Assembly: GCA_049472175.1 (NCBI GenBank)
Contig: JBLIRF010000002.1
Location: 1 to 33,893 of the forward strand
From: Thermoplasmatota archaeon
GTDB lineage: Archaea > Thermoplasmatota > Penumbrarchaeia > Penumbrarchaeales > Penumbrarchaeaceae
DNA length: 33,893 bases
Reading direction: 5' to 3'
A model generated the notes under the pieces. It worked only from the letters and a program-made list of their open reading frames with translations. It was not told the origin of the DNA and made no database searches. The position numbers were made by a program, and so were the translations under genes. Below, one piece after another: positions 1 to 8,469 of the stretch (position 1 is the stretch's first letter; each line of letters begins with the position of its first letter).

Positions 1-310
1 TCCCTATCAGCAGCTCCGACCTCCTGAGGTCGAGGAGGTCCATGATCATCGGTTCATCCGTAGAAAAGAGAGGCTGCAGCCTCTCGATATCCTTGAGGTC
101 CTTTATGACATTGACAAGGGGGACCGATGTGAAACTGACGTGCAAGCCGGCCTCTCCGCCTTCAAGGCCTTCCGAGATGAAAGAGAGCGAGACAAGGGTC
201 TTCCCGGTCCCGGGTGGACCTGTGATATTTATGACCGAACCCCTTGTAATATCCGATCCCACAAGCTCATCAAGGGCCTCGATACCAAAACAGGTCAGCT
301 CTCTCGTCAT
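1..310 (-). CDS. KaiC/RecA-superfamily ATPase (COG0467-like), N-terminal part; gene runs off the window start
   Basis: Absent from the ORF track because there is no stop in the window. Minus-strand translation from ATG at 310..308 gives MTRELTCFGIEALDELVGSDITRGSVINITGPPGTGKTLVSLSFISEGLEGGEAGLHVSFTSVPLVNVIKDLKDIERLQ... The Walker A motif GPPGTGKT lies in the typical KaiC/RadA-like N-terminal context. An AT-rich TATA-like block (tttttaatatac on the minus strand, about 345-356) lies upstream. This gene replaces + strand ORFs 42..359 and 140..559. Confidence 0.7.
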   Translation of the reverse strand, partial: MTRELTCFGIEALDELVGSDITRGSVINITGPPGTGKTLVSLSFISEGLEGGEAGLHVSFTSVPLVNVIKDLKDIERLQPLFSTDEPMIMDLLDLRRSELLIG

Positions 311-396
311 GGGAAACACTCATCCAATGGAGGGTATAGCTGCTTGCTTTGTATATTAAAAATTGTCTCAAAGGGAGATAAAAGAAAACCGAACCA

Positions 397-711
397 TCAG
401 GAGAGTCCCTCTTCCTTCATCCTCTGGATGAACCTTCTTTCCCTCTCCATACCCATTCGAACATCTGACTCGATGTCGGTTTCCAGCATCTCCTTTATCC
501 TCTGCTGCCGGTTCAACCATTGCTCCATGCAGGATCGGATAACCTCTGACGGATTGTAGTGGTTATCCTTGCAGAAACGGAAGAATTCCGTTGCGGTATC
601 CTCGAAGTTCCTGGTGACCGCGATATGTATCTGGTCGCCTGATCTGTAGACCTTCATTGCTTGTCTTCTCAACGAAGTTCCTCCTTTTTCGTTTCTTTCA
701 CACGATTTCAT
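397..711 (-). CDS. Small ribbon-helix-helix-like protein, paralog A (uncharacterised family)
   Basis: The ORF has ATG at 711 and an alternative ATG at 657 (MKVYRSGDQIHIAVT...). The core VYRSGDQIHIAVTRNFEDTATEFFRFCKDNHYNPSEVIRSCMEQWL is about 50% identical (24/46 by hand alignment) to ORF 13134..13460. The pattern of a beta strand (IHIAVT), helix, turn (YNPS) and helix resembles CopG/Arc-type RHH proteins. Confidence 0.6.
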   Translation of the reverse strand: MKSCERNEKGGTSLRRQAMKVYRSGDQIHIAVTRNFEDTATEFFRFCKDNHYNPSEVIRSCMEQWLNRQQRIKEMLETDIESDVRMGMERERRFIQRMKEEGLS

Positions 712-806
712 TCAGCAGCGGTATATAAAATATTTTTGATAATATTCGGCCTAATGAAGAATCACGCAGAAAGTCAGGTGGAGATGAGACGTTGAATGTT
801 GCGGGG

Positions 807-818
807 GATATATTTATC
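807..818 (+). promoter_or_regulatory. TATA-like box for the aminopeptidase gene (leaderless-type spacing)
   Basis: gatatatttatc ends 24 nt upstream of ATG 842. The divergent intergenic region 712-841 also carries ggtatataaaatatttttgataatatt (about 719-745), which could serve the minus-strand RHH gene. Confidence 0.4.
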
Positions 819-841
819 ACATTTTCCGACCATGGGCCATC

Positions 842-2311
842 ATGGGTCTATCGGAGAAGAAAGCGGTGAAGAAGACCGCCAGAAGAACGGTGAAGGACCC
901 ACACTCCTGGAAGAGGCGGTGGGCTGTCGAGCATCAGGATGAAACGCAAGAAGTTGACAGGATATCGAGGTCGTACCTGGATTACCTCGACAGGGCCAAG
1001 ACGGAAAGGGAAGCCGTACTTTTCTGGATAGAAAGGCTCAGAAGTTCCGGTTTCAGGGAGCTTTCCCGAATACCGAAGAGAGGACCCCGGCCCGGTGAGG
1101 GGTTTTTTCAAGTGAACAGGGACAAACAGCTGATGGCAGGCATCACCGGCAGCTCGGACCTCATCAGTGGTTTCAACATGGTTGTGACCCACCTCGATTC
1201 CCCCAGGATCGATCTCAAACCGATTCCTCTGGACGGGGACCCCGATACCGGGATAGGACTGATGAGGACCCATTATTACGGAGGGATCAAGAAATACCAC
1301 TGGGCAAACATCCCACTGGCACTCCACGGCAGGGTCGTGAGGGGAGACGGCTCCACGGTCGACCTGCAGATCGGCGAGAAGGAGAGCGATCCGGTCTTTC
1401 TCATCCCCGACCTTCTCCCTCATCTTTCTAAAAAAGCCCAGGACAAGAGAAAGATATCGGATGCCCTGAAGGGCGAGGAGATGCTCGCCCTGATAGGTTC
1501 GGGCGCGTTACCCGAAGGTACTGATGACAGAAGCCCCGTGGTCGTTGAGATCCTCCGGTACCTCAACAATGAATACGGTCTCAGGGAGGAGGACCTTATA
1601 TCTTCCGATCTGACCCTGGTTCCAGCCTGGAAGCCGAGGGAGATAGGCCTGGATAGAGGTATGATGGGAGCCTACGGGCATGACAACAGGGTGTCGAGTT
1701 TCTGCGCCATGCAGTCCCTCATCGACCTTATGGAGGGAAAAAAGGTCCCGAAACGATGGGCTCTGGTCATGAACTTCGATAAGGAGGAGATCGGTTCCGA
1801 TGGCAACACGGGTGCGAGATCGCAGTACCTGGAACTTGCCCTTTATGATCTACTTGAATGGTCCGGAAGGTCGGGGACACGGAGGGAGCTGATGCAGGTA
1901 TTTTCATCCTCTTTTGCACTCTCCGCCGATGTGAAGTCGGGAATGAACCCGACCTTCAAATCCGTCCAGGACCCCACGAACTCGGCCCGGTTGGGGGCCG
2001 GTGTCACAATAACGAAATACACAGGGAAAGGAGGAAAGGTGGGCGCCAATGACGCATCAGCAGAGATGGTCGGCACTATAAGGAAGCTCTTCAATTCGGA
2101 GAAGGTCATCTGGCAGATGCAGGAGACCGGCAGAGTGGATGAGGGGGGAGGAGGAACGGTGGCAAAGTTCATGGCCTCAAGGAACCTCGACGTCCTGGAT
2201 ATCGGGATTCCGCTGCTATCGATGCATTCTCCATTCGAGGTCGTGTCAAAGGTAGATGTTGGTATGGGGCACCATGCCTTCGGAGTGTTCCTGGAGAAGT
2301 TCGAGGGATGA
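842..2311 (+). CDS. M18-family aminopeptidase (aspartyl aminopeptidase-like)
   Basis: 489 aa. Motifs typical of the M18 family are present: VVTHLDSPRIDLKP, GAYGHDNRVSSF, NFDKEEIGSDGNTGA, LSMHSPFEV. Confidence 0.88.
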   Translation: MGLSEKKAVKKTARRTVKDPHSWKRRWAVEHQDETQEVDRISRSYLDYLDRAKTEREAVLFWIERLRSSGFRELSRIPKRGPRPGEGFFQVNRDKQLMAGITGSSDLISGFNMVVTHLDSPRIDLKPIPLDGDPDTGIGLMRTHYYGGIKKYHWANIPLALHGRVVRGDGSTVDLQIGEKESDPVFLIPDLLPHLSKKAQDKRKISDALKGEEMLALIGSGALPEGTDDRSPVVVEILRYLNNEYGLREEDLISSDLTLVPAWKPREIGLDRGMMGAYGHDNRVSSFCAMQSLIDLMEGKKVPKRWALVMNFDKEEIGSDGNTGARSQYLELALYDLLEWSGRSGTRRELMQVFSSSFALSADVKSGMNPTFKSVQDPTNSARLGAGVTITKYTGKGGKVGANDASAEMVGTIRKLFNSEKVIWQMQETGRVDEGGGGTVAKFMASRNLDVLDIGIPLLSMHSPFEVVSKVDVGMGHHAFGVFLEKFEG

Positions 2312-2316
2312 TCCGC

Positions 2317-3369
2317 TCATTCCTTTTCATCTTCGGTGGGAGGGGCGTTGTCATCTTCGTTGATAGGAATGCCCTCCTCCACCTCATCGGTGAAATCCGA
2401 GAGCGTCTCATTGAGCATGCTCAGCAGCTCTTCATCGGTCTCCTGAGTGGGTTCCTCATCAGGTTCAGGTCCTTTCTGGGTGAGTTCATCTCCGGTTCCT
2501 GACGAGGGAGCGGTTTCATTCTGGTCATCCAGGCCGGTTTCCGGGGAAATTCCGTACTGCTCCATGAGACCCCTGTAGATATCATCCCTTATCAGACCCT
2601 TGCGGTAGATCGTCTGAAAATATGTGACCGACCCCTCACCCGGTCCGTCCCGAAGCCTCCTGACCGGGATGGTGGGATTGAAGGGCTGGGGTTCGATCTG
2701 CGAAGGCACCGAGGGGCCCATTCCATCTGCTTCATCGGGAATGCCAGCTGAAATATCCGCTTCCATTAATGGCTCCTTCTCTTGAGGTTTCAGATAGATG
2801 CTCTTCTCCGCTTCGGTGAACATCCAATCGTCCTTCTGGAAATAGTCCTTGAGATTGTTCACAAGCTGGTCCAGGTTCCCGACGCGCTTGTTCATCAGTC
2901 TCTTGAGAAGGTCCGAGTCCGAGGGAAGCACCATGGAGATGTGATACTGGTTCCCGGATGACAGTATGTAGAGGTTGACCATCTCTCCCACCGAGACGGC
3001 TCCTTCCTTCTTCTCGGAGGCCATCATCTCGATGTTGGGGACCTCGAAGTATTCCCTTGTAGCAGCACCTGAGGAGAGGTCGCCAAACTCCAGGTTCCGG
3101 TCAAGATCTGTCCTTACCGCCCTTGCCTCGTCCTCTCCTATTGCGAACATCCTCTCCGGTATGTTGATGAAGATGATCCTCTCGTTGGTCAGGTAAATGG
3201 TACCTTTGGAGGGTTCCAGAAGGTAGTCCCCTCCGTAATACCTCCATGTGGACTTGAAGGTCGGGACGACGTTCTCCTCCACCACCAGTGTCTTTTCATT
3301 GGGGTGGAGGACAAGTTCCCCGTTATCATCATATATCTCGTTGTAACCGTCCTTATCTCCGTATTTCAT
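2317..3369 (-). CDS. Hypothetical protein: N-terminal PH/GRAM-like region plus a long acidic low-complexity C-terminal tail
   Basis: The track start at 3378 is TTG; the first ATG is at 3369 (MKYGDKDGYNE...). The motif LLEPSKGTIYLTNERIIFINIP resembles the core strands of GRAM/GLUE/bPH folds. The C-terminal ~110 aa are D/E/P/T-rich (…DEEPTQETDEELLSMLNETLSDFTDEVEEGIPINEDDNAPPTEDEKE). Confidence 0.7.
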   Translation of the reverse strand: MKYGDKDGYNEIYDDNGELVLHPNEKTLVVEENVVPTFKSTWRYYGGDYLLEPSKGTIYLTNERIIFINIPERMFAIGEDEARAVRTDLDRNLEFGDLSSGAATREYFEVPNIEMMASEKKEGAVSVGEMVNLYILSSGNQYHISMVLPSDSDLLKRLMNKRVGNLDQLVNNLKDYFQKDDWMFTEAEKSIYLKPQEKEPLMEADISAGIPDEADGMGPSVPSQIEPQPFNPTIPVRRLRDGPGEGSVTYFQTIYRKGLIRDDIYRGLMEQYGISPETGLDDQNETAPSSGTGDELTQKGPEPDEEPTQETDEELLSMLNETLSDFTDEVEEGIPINEDDNAPPTEDEKE

Positions 3370-3444
3370 GAATATCAAGACCCTATAATGCCCCTTACAG
3401 GCGGTGAATCCCTGAACTGTTACGATTATTAAAGGGCGGATTAT

Positions 3445-4449
3445 TTAATCCTTTTCACCTGGACCGGTCGTATTGAAAATATGGAGCGCATCTCTGTCAA
3501 GCACCTCAACGGATGTTCCTTTCCGGGTCGAACCTACAGAGAACGGAACGCCACCGCGCCTCCTGATCGCCTCGCAGACCTCATCTGGTCTGTCCGTGAG
3601 AGCAATGATCGACCCCCCCCCTCCCGCACCTGTAAGCTTCGTTCCGTAGGAGAGGGGTCCTGCCGCATCCCTGAGCTTGTCAAGCTCTCTGGAGGTGACC
3701 CCAAGAATGGTGAGAAGGGAATGGTTCCTGTTCATCAGTTCACCGAGTTCCACAAGGTCCCTGGCCTGAAGTGCCTTCATGCCGTCCATTGTCAGAGACC
3801 CGATATCATCAATGGTCTCCCTGGCAAATCCCGACCTGTTGTAGTAGTTCCTCACCTTTTCGACCTGGAGCGGTGTTACAGAGGGTTGTTTTGTATAACC
3901 AACCACGAGTTTGAGATCGGGTGGCTCGACATGATGCACATTCCAGACGTTCTCCCCTGCTGGTATTGTCCAGAGAAGGTCATCACCAGCCCGGGATGAG
4001 ACCATTATTGCATTTCCATGGGTCGAGCAGGAAGTATCGGTCGGTGAAGCTCGCCCCTGAACTTCGTACTCCACCTGAAATGCCTTCCGTGCTATGTTCT
4101 CCTCCGATAGGTCTCCCTGGAGGAAAAGCATAGCAGCCACTGCCGAGCATGAAAGTGCGGCACTCGAACCGAGTCCGGAAGCGGAAGGGATCCAGGATCT
4201 GGTTCTGAAAGCTATTGCCTTACCATCCCAGAGATTATCGTAGGCTTTTCTGACGTATCTATGTTTTCTCAATGACAGCCGACCTCCATCCACCGTGGGC
4301 TCTTCCGCGGGGAAAACGGTCAGGTTCATCCTGCGGTCTAGTGAGATCGCTATCGCCGGTTTTCCGTAAACAACGGCATGTTCCCCGAAGAGTATTGCTT
4401 TGGCCGGGGATGATGCCTCCAACATATTTGGAGGCAAGCGTTCCAACAT
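3445..4449 (-). CDS. mvk: Mevalonate kinase
   Basis: GHMP kinase motifs are present: PAKAILFGEHAVVYGKPAIA, PSASGLGSSAALS, KLTGAGGGGS. The alternative ATG at 4425 (MLEASSPAK...) is equally plausible. Confidence 0.92.
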   Translation of the reverse strand: MLERLPPNMLEASSPAKAILFGEHAVVYGKPAIAISLDRRMNLTVFPAEEPTVDGGRLSLRKHRYVRKAYDNLWDGKAIAFRTRSWIPSASGLGSSAALSCSAVAAMLFLQGDLSEENIARKAFQVEYEVQGRASPTDTSCSTHGNAIMVSSRAGDDLLWTIPAGENVWNVHHVEPPDLKLVVGYTKQPSVTPLQVEKVRNYYNRSGFARETIDDIGSLTMDGMKALQARDLVELGELMNRNHSLLTILGVTSRELDKLRDAAGPLSYGTKLTGAGGGGSIIALTDRPDEVCEAIRRRGGVPFSVGSTRKGTSVEVLDRDALHIFNTTGPGEKD

Positions 4450-4517
4450 AATATCATTTGGCCAAAATCAATCTATATCCGGTAAGTGATTTTCGACTGG
4501 ACATCGGGGAGCGGCAT

Positions 4518-7500
4518 ATGACGACTCGACCCAGACCTCACGGCAAACCAGGGGCCCAAAAGGCCCGCCCCTTGATGTTCGACAGGTCACGGAAGACCCC
4601 TCATCGGTCAGAAAGACGTTCCGGAGGGGGCGGAGAAGAAAGGTTCAAGGCATTGTTCCTTGCAATTATAATGACCGTATCGATCATTCTGATCGCACCC
4701 GCCATGGGTGAGAACGAGGTGATCAACCAGTCTAGCAGGTCAGCCGATTACGGCATATTCGACAGCATTCAGAGGCTCGACAGACAGGAAGCAGAGAGAG
4801 CCGATGATCCTGATGTACTGGCGGAGATAGATAGCAGGTTCGGATCGATATTGCCTGTGGATCGGACATTCGAAGAGATGGGAACTGCCGGTTTCCAGGA
4901 GGAACAGCTTTCGATCCCGGGACCGATAACAAGAAGTCCCGTGGTGTTCGAGGCACTTTCCGGAAATCCGATAATAAACAATACCAACATCCTTGATTGG
5001 ATACTCCCGCCACCACTATCCGAACAGGGAGCTTTGAACTACCTGGTGCTGGTGAAGCACGAAGAAAGGGAGACCTGGGGCCTCGGTTCGATGGTCCCCC
5101 GTATAGGCTTCATGGTGGATTCATCACTTGATAAATGGGTCTATATTGACGTTGACGGGGAGGCATCCACCGGGGATGAGAACGGTAATGATATCAGAAC
5201 AAGGCTTACCTTCGCCAAGGATATACTTGCAAGGGACTGGGACGTCTCTCTGATACCTCCAAAGCTGACCTTCAACAATGCCGGCGTGAAGTTCGAGATC
5301 GAGGCCCTCGATGTGCATGATGGGATCTCGGAGCTCGGGGGATCAGTGTTCTTCATAAAGGGGATATCCTACGGAGGTATCATCGGCGATGCGAAGAACT
5401 ATATCTGGTCCGTGGGGTTCGACCTTGAGAAGTTCGCGGATTCGATGAGGGTCATGGTACAGGCCAACAAATGGGTCAGCGACCCCGTGACCGTAGCGAT
5501 AACAGCGATATTGTCAGGGGGGTCCGTGGATATAAGGGACCTCGGGATACTCGAAGTGCTGGGACCCTACTCTCTCTCTTACCTGTTCGGAACAGCACCT
5601 GGTGAGGTCTCCATCTCGATATCGGTCATGCGGGTCTTTGACCAGGTTCTGGAGGACCGGGCATATCTCAACCTCATGGTCTCACATGACAGGTTCCACG
5701 AGAGCATCATCGGGACAGGGAAGCTGACCCTCGATATCGAGGATTTCGGTTCCCCCATCGACCGGGTCCAATGGGAGGCGGGAAGCGGGAACACGGGAGA
5801 CACGGTATGTCTGGGAATCAGGTATGCCGAATTCGGAGATGACCTGATAGATGCAGACCTGCAGCTGCCAGTCCTTCCCTGCCAGCTTACGCTGGACATC
5901 ACTTATGCGGAGAACACCGAAACGGACAGGACCGTCGTTGAGGTCAACACCCCCGATGGCATCGATGAGCTCCGTTTCAGAGAAGCCATCTACAGGAACT
6001 GGGGAAGCACGGGCTCCTTTGATGACCTTGAAGCCACGGAAGTGGTTCTGAGGAACATTCCCAGCAGACTCCGTGTGGAGACAACGGCATCCGTACCGGA
6101 CCCGGGGGACGGCGGTTCAGGGACGCTGAACATCTTCGACAGTTTCATGAGCGGGATCGCGGGAAGGTTCTACAGGATCGGCATGTTGCTGAGGGAGATC
6201 CCCCGCGCTGTTGCAGAGATGCCAGGTCGACAGGGGTCCACGACCCTCGAATGCTTCGGTGGCATGATCGGCTCCATGGATTACCGCTTCACCTCGGGTC
6301 CGTTCCTAAACAATACCGGGAACTACGTTGCATTCTTCGACCATGGAGTGCCGACACCGGCGATCTCGGCTCATCTGGAGAGCATATCACACTACAGCGG
6401 TACTTTCAGGAATGGAAGCGACATCACCCTCGGACTTGACGAGGTGAACAGGGTCCGGATAGGAGCATTGTCCCAGCAGAGGTCAGCCTTCGTCGATATA
6501 ATCGACATACCATCCCGGATCCATCTCGTTTCATCGGATGATCTGATCTCCTACGAGGGGACCGATAACGGAACTCCTGCAGGTATCGGTGGGATCGAGT
6601 ACAGATACAGGGACCCGGAACTCTTTTTCGATGTGAACATCTATGACATTCCATCATTACTCTTGATGAAAAGGTCCCTGGATCAGATCGAGGTCATGTC
6701 GGGGGATGGGGCGATCGGTACAGTTGAGATGTTCACGGCCAACAGCACTGATGTCAAACCTATCGACCTTCCCGAAAGGAACTACGTATCCGTTCGCAAG
6801 GAAAATGAACTCTCCGCTGTCGGTCTCAGGCTGAACAGGTTCAGGTCGTTCACTTACAACAACGGATCGGCAGGTTTCATTGAACTCGAGACCCTGAGGG
6901 AATCCAACTTCTATGCCATCATCGAGGATAGGGATTCCGATCTGGAGATAACCATGGCATTCGTTCCTCTGCCTGCACGTACACATATAGATACCCCATC
7001 GATCATGGATACCCCGGAGATCTCCATACCCAACCTTATCGGTATCGGGTCCATTTCCGATTATTCCGGTATCCTGCTTTCACTTTCCGAGATAGGCAAG
7101 GCACCACTCCTCCTGGCATCGGGGATATCGAGGAGCCTCACGCTTGCCATCGGTAAATATTCGACAGGTTTCTCGATGTCCTGGGACCTGTCCGAGAAAG
7201 GTGAGACCCTGGACCTGATACTGGAAGTCAGGAAGAAGGGTGATTTCGAGATTCCTCAGGCCAAGTGGACACACGGGATATGGATCGAACAGATGGGGAC
7301 GGGGGAGAACGGATCGGTGGACGGCAAAATATATCTTGATGGAATGCCGGCAACCGGTTCCGTCGACCTGTCATTCTCCGATGAGACCATCACGGCGGGC
7401 ATGGACTTCAAGGGCTACAGCCCGGGATTCGACTGGTTTTTAATTAGGACCAACGGGGTCCAGGACAGGGACATCTCTGTATACATCACAGGATTGATCG

Positions 7501-8465
7501 AGGGCATGGACCTGTCGTTGAACATGACCATATTCACGGACCTCTCCGTTGGAGGGTCCATGAGGATCGATATGGATGTCGAGGTCACCGATCTTGACGG
7601 CCAGCAAATGGACCTCGGTCCCACAATGGCCACTCTTCGAAAGTCATCCCCGATCCTTTCCATCAGGCAGATGTACCTGCCGATGGTACCTTCAAGACTG
7701 TACCTTAGCGCTTGCATAGGGGATGGTATAACAGCCGATTATCAGGCATCCCGCTCCATAGAGCATCTCTATTTCAAGATAACGAAGTACATGGATCAGC
7801 GATGGTCCCAGGTCTATGCAATTTTCCATGACCTTCCCCTCAACTTCAATGTCGACCTTCGGCCGAACAGGGATTTCACTATACAGAAGCCGTTCCCTCT
7901 GCAGGGTCTGCCGGTCCTGACCCTCACGACCTCCGACAGCAGCATGGACATGTTCATCGAATATGACGGTGCGGGTTTCGGTCAGCGTGGCAGATACAAG
8001 ATCTACGTGGATGACATCGGCAACACCCGGACATACTATTCCGGGGAAGACTATGTCATAGACAGCGACGGTGTGGGTTTTCTGTCGATAGAGCTTGACA
8101 GACTCCCCGTGATGGAGAATTTTGTACTGTCATCCCTGTCGATCCTGGGCAGCGACCTGGAACACCTGACCATTTCCGCAAGGATGGGATACGGGACCTA
8201 TCCCGTGATCTTCATCGATGATGCCAAGGGAGGGGGCTTCCAGATCAAGGTCTCGGGCGAGGCCACTTTGAAAGAAGACACTTACACCCCGAGCATCTAT
8301 TTCATAACATTAAGGACAAAGAAGATCGCAGGATCGAACCTGATAACCGGCCTGTCAGTGAACAAGGACACGATGGTCCTGGACATCGAAAGAAGCGATG
8401 GGTGCACTACCATTCCCGCCCCTCTGCTGACATTCTGGGCATGGGTTCTTGGAGGTGGGGGGTGA
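4518..8465 (+). CDS. Very large membrane-anchored/secreted protein of unknown function
   Basis: Uninterrupted ORF. The track start at 4458 is TTG, only 8 nt from the mvk ATG. The first ATGs are 4518 (MTTRPRPHGK...) and 4575. A basic N-terminus is followed by the hydrophobic segment FKALFLAIIMTVSIILIAPAMG. The remaining ~1250 aa are beta-rich with no domain I recognise. Confidence 0.8.
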   Translation: MTTRPRPHGKPGAQKARPLMFDRSRKTPHRSERRSGGGGEERFKALFLAIIMTVSIILIAPAMGENEVINQSSRSADYGIFDSIQRLDRQEAERADDPDVLAEIDSRFGSILPVDRTFEEMGTAGFQEEQLSIPGPITRSPVVFEALSGNPIINNTNILDWILPPPLSEQGALNYLVLVKHEERETWGLGSMVPRIGFMVDSSLDKWVYIDVDGEASTGDENGNDIRTRLTFAKDILARDWDVSLIPPKLTFNNAGVKFEIEALDVHDGISELGGSVFFIKGISYGGIIGDAKNYIWSVGFDLEKFADSMRVMVQANKWVSDPVTVAITAILSGGSVDIRDLGILEVLGPYSLSYLFGTAPGEVSISISVMRVFDQVLEDRAYLNLMVSHDRFHESIIGTGKLTLDIEDFGSPIDRVQWEAGSGNTGDTVCLGIRYAEFGDDLIDADLQLPVLPCQLTLDITYAENTETDRTVVEVNTPDGIDELRFREAIYRNWGSTGSFDDLEATEVVLRNIPSRLRVETTASVPDPGDGGSGTLNIFDSFMSGIAGRFYRIGMLLREIPRAVAEMPGRQGSTTLECFGGMIGSMDYRFTSGPFLNNTGNYVAFFDHGVPTPAISAHLESISHYSGTFRNGSDITLGLDEVNRVRIGALSQQRSAFVDIIDIPSRIHLVSSDDLISYEGTDNGTPAGIGGIEYRYRDPELFFDVNIYDIPSLLLMKRSLDQIEVMSGDGAIGTVEMFTANSTDVKPIDLPERNYVSVRKENELSAVGLRLNRFRSFTYNNGSAGFIELETLRESNFYAIIEDRDSDLEITMAFVPLPARTHIDTPSIMDTPEISIPNLIGIGSISDYSGILLSLSEIGKAPLLLASGISRSLTLAIGKYSTGFSMSWDLSEKGETLDLILEVRKKGDFEIPQAKWTHGIWIEQMGTGENGSVDGKIYLDGMPATGSVDLSFSDETITAGMDFKGYSPGFDWFLIRTNGVQDRDISVYITGLIEGMDLSLNMTIFTDLSVGGSMRIDMDVEVTDLDGQQMDLGPTMATLRKSSPILSIRQMYLPMVPSRLYLSACIGDGITADYQASRSIEHLYFKITKYMDQRWSQVYAIFHDLPLNFNVDLRPNRDFTIQKPFPLQGLPVLTLTTSDSSMDMFIEYDGAGFGQRGRYKIYVDDIGNTRTYYSGEDYVIDSDGVGFLSIELDRLPVMENFVLSSLSILGSDLEHLTISARMGYGTYPVIFIDDAKGGGFQIKVSGEATLKEDTYTPSIYFITLRTKKIAGSNLITGLSVNKDTMVLDIERSDGCTTIPAPLLTFWAWVLGGGG

Positions 8466-8469
8466 TGGA

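Noticed and set aside
42-559. Plus-strand ORFs 42..359 and 140..559
   Set aside because: Both lie antisense to or out of frame with a clean KaiC-like ATPase N-terminus (Walker A GPPGTGKT) and the RHH gene on the minus strand. Their sequences are S/P/R-rich with no motifs.
397-711. RHH-like genes as antitoxins of toxin-antitoxin modules
   Set aside because: Neither copy (397..711 or 13134..13460) has an adjacent small toxin-like ORF such as RelE/ParE/VapC/HicA. The neighbours are a KaiC-like ATPase with its own promoter, TrpRS and aRF1.
4458-4517. TTG-initiated N-terminal extension of the giant ORF
   Set aside because: The codon at 4458 is TTG, only 8 nt from the divergent mvk ATG, which leaves no promoter space. 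The AT-rich promoter-like elements lie inside this extension. ATG 4518 or 4575 is more plausible.
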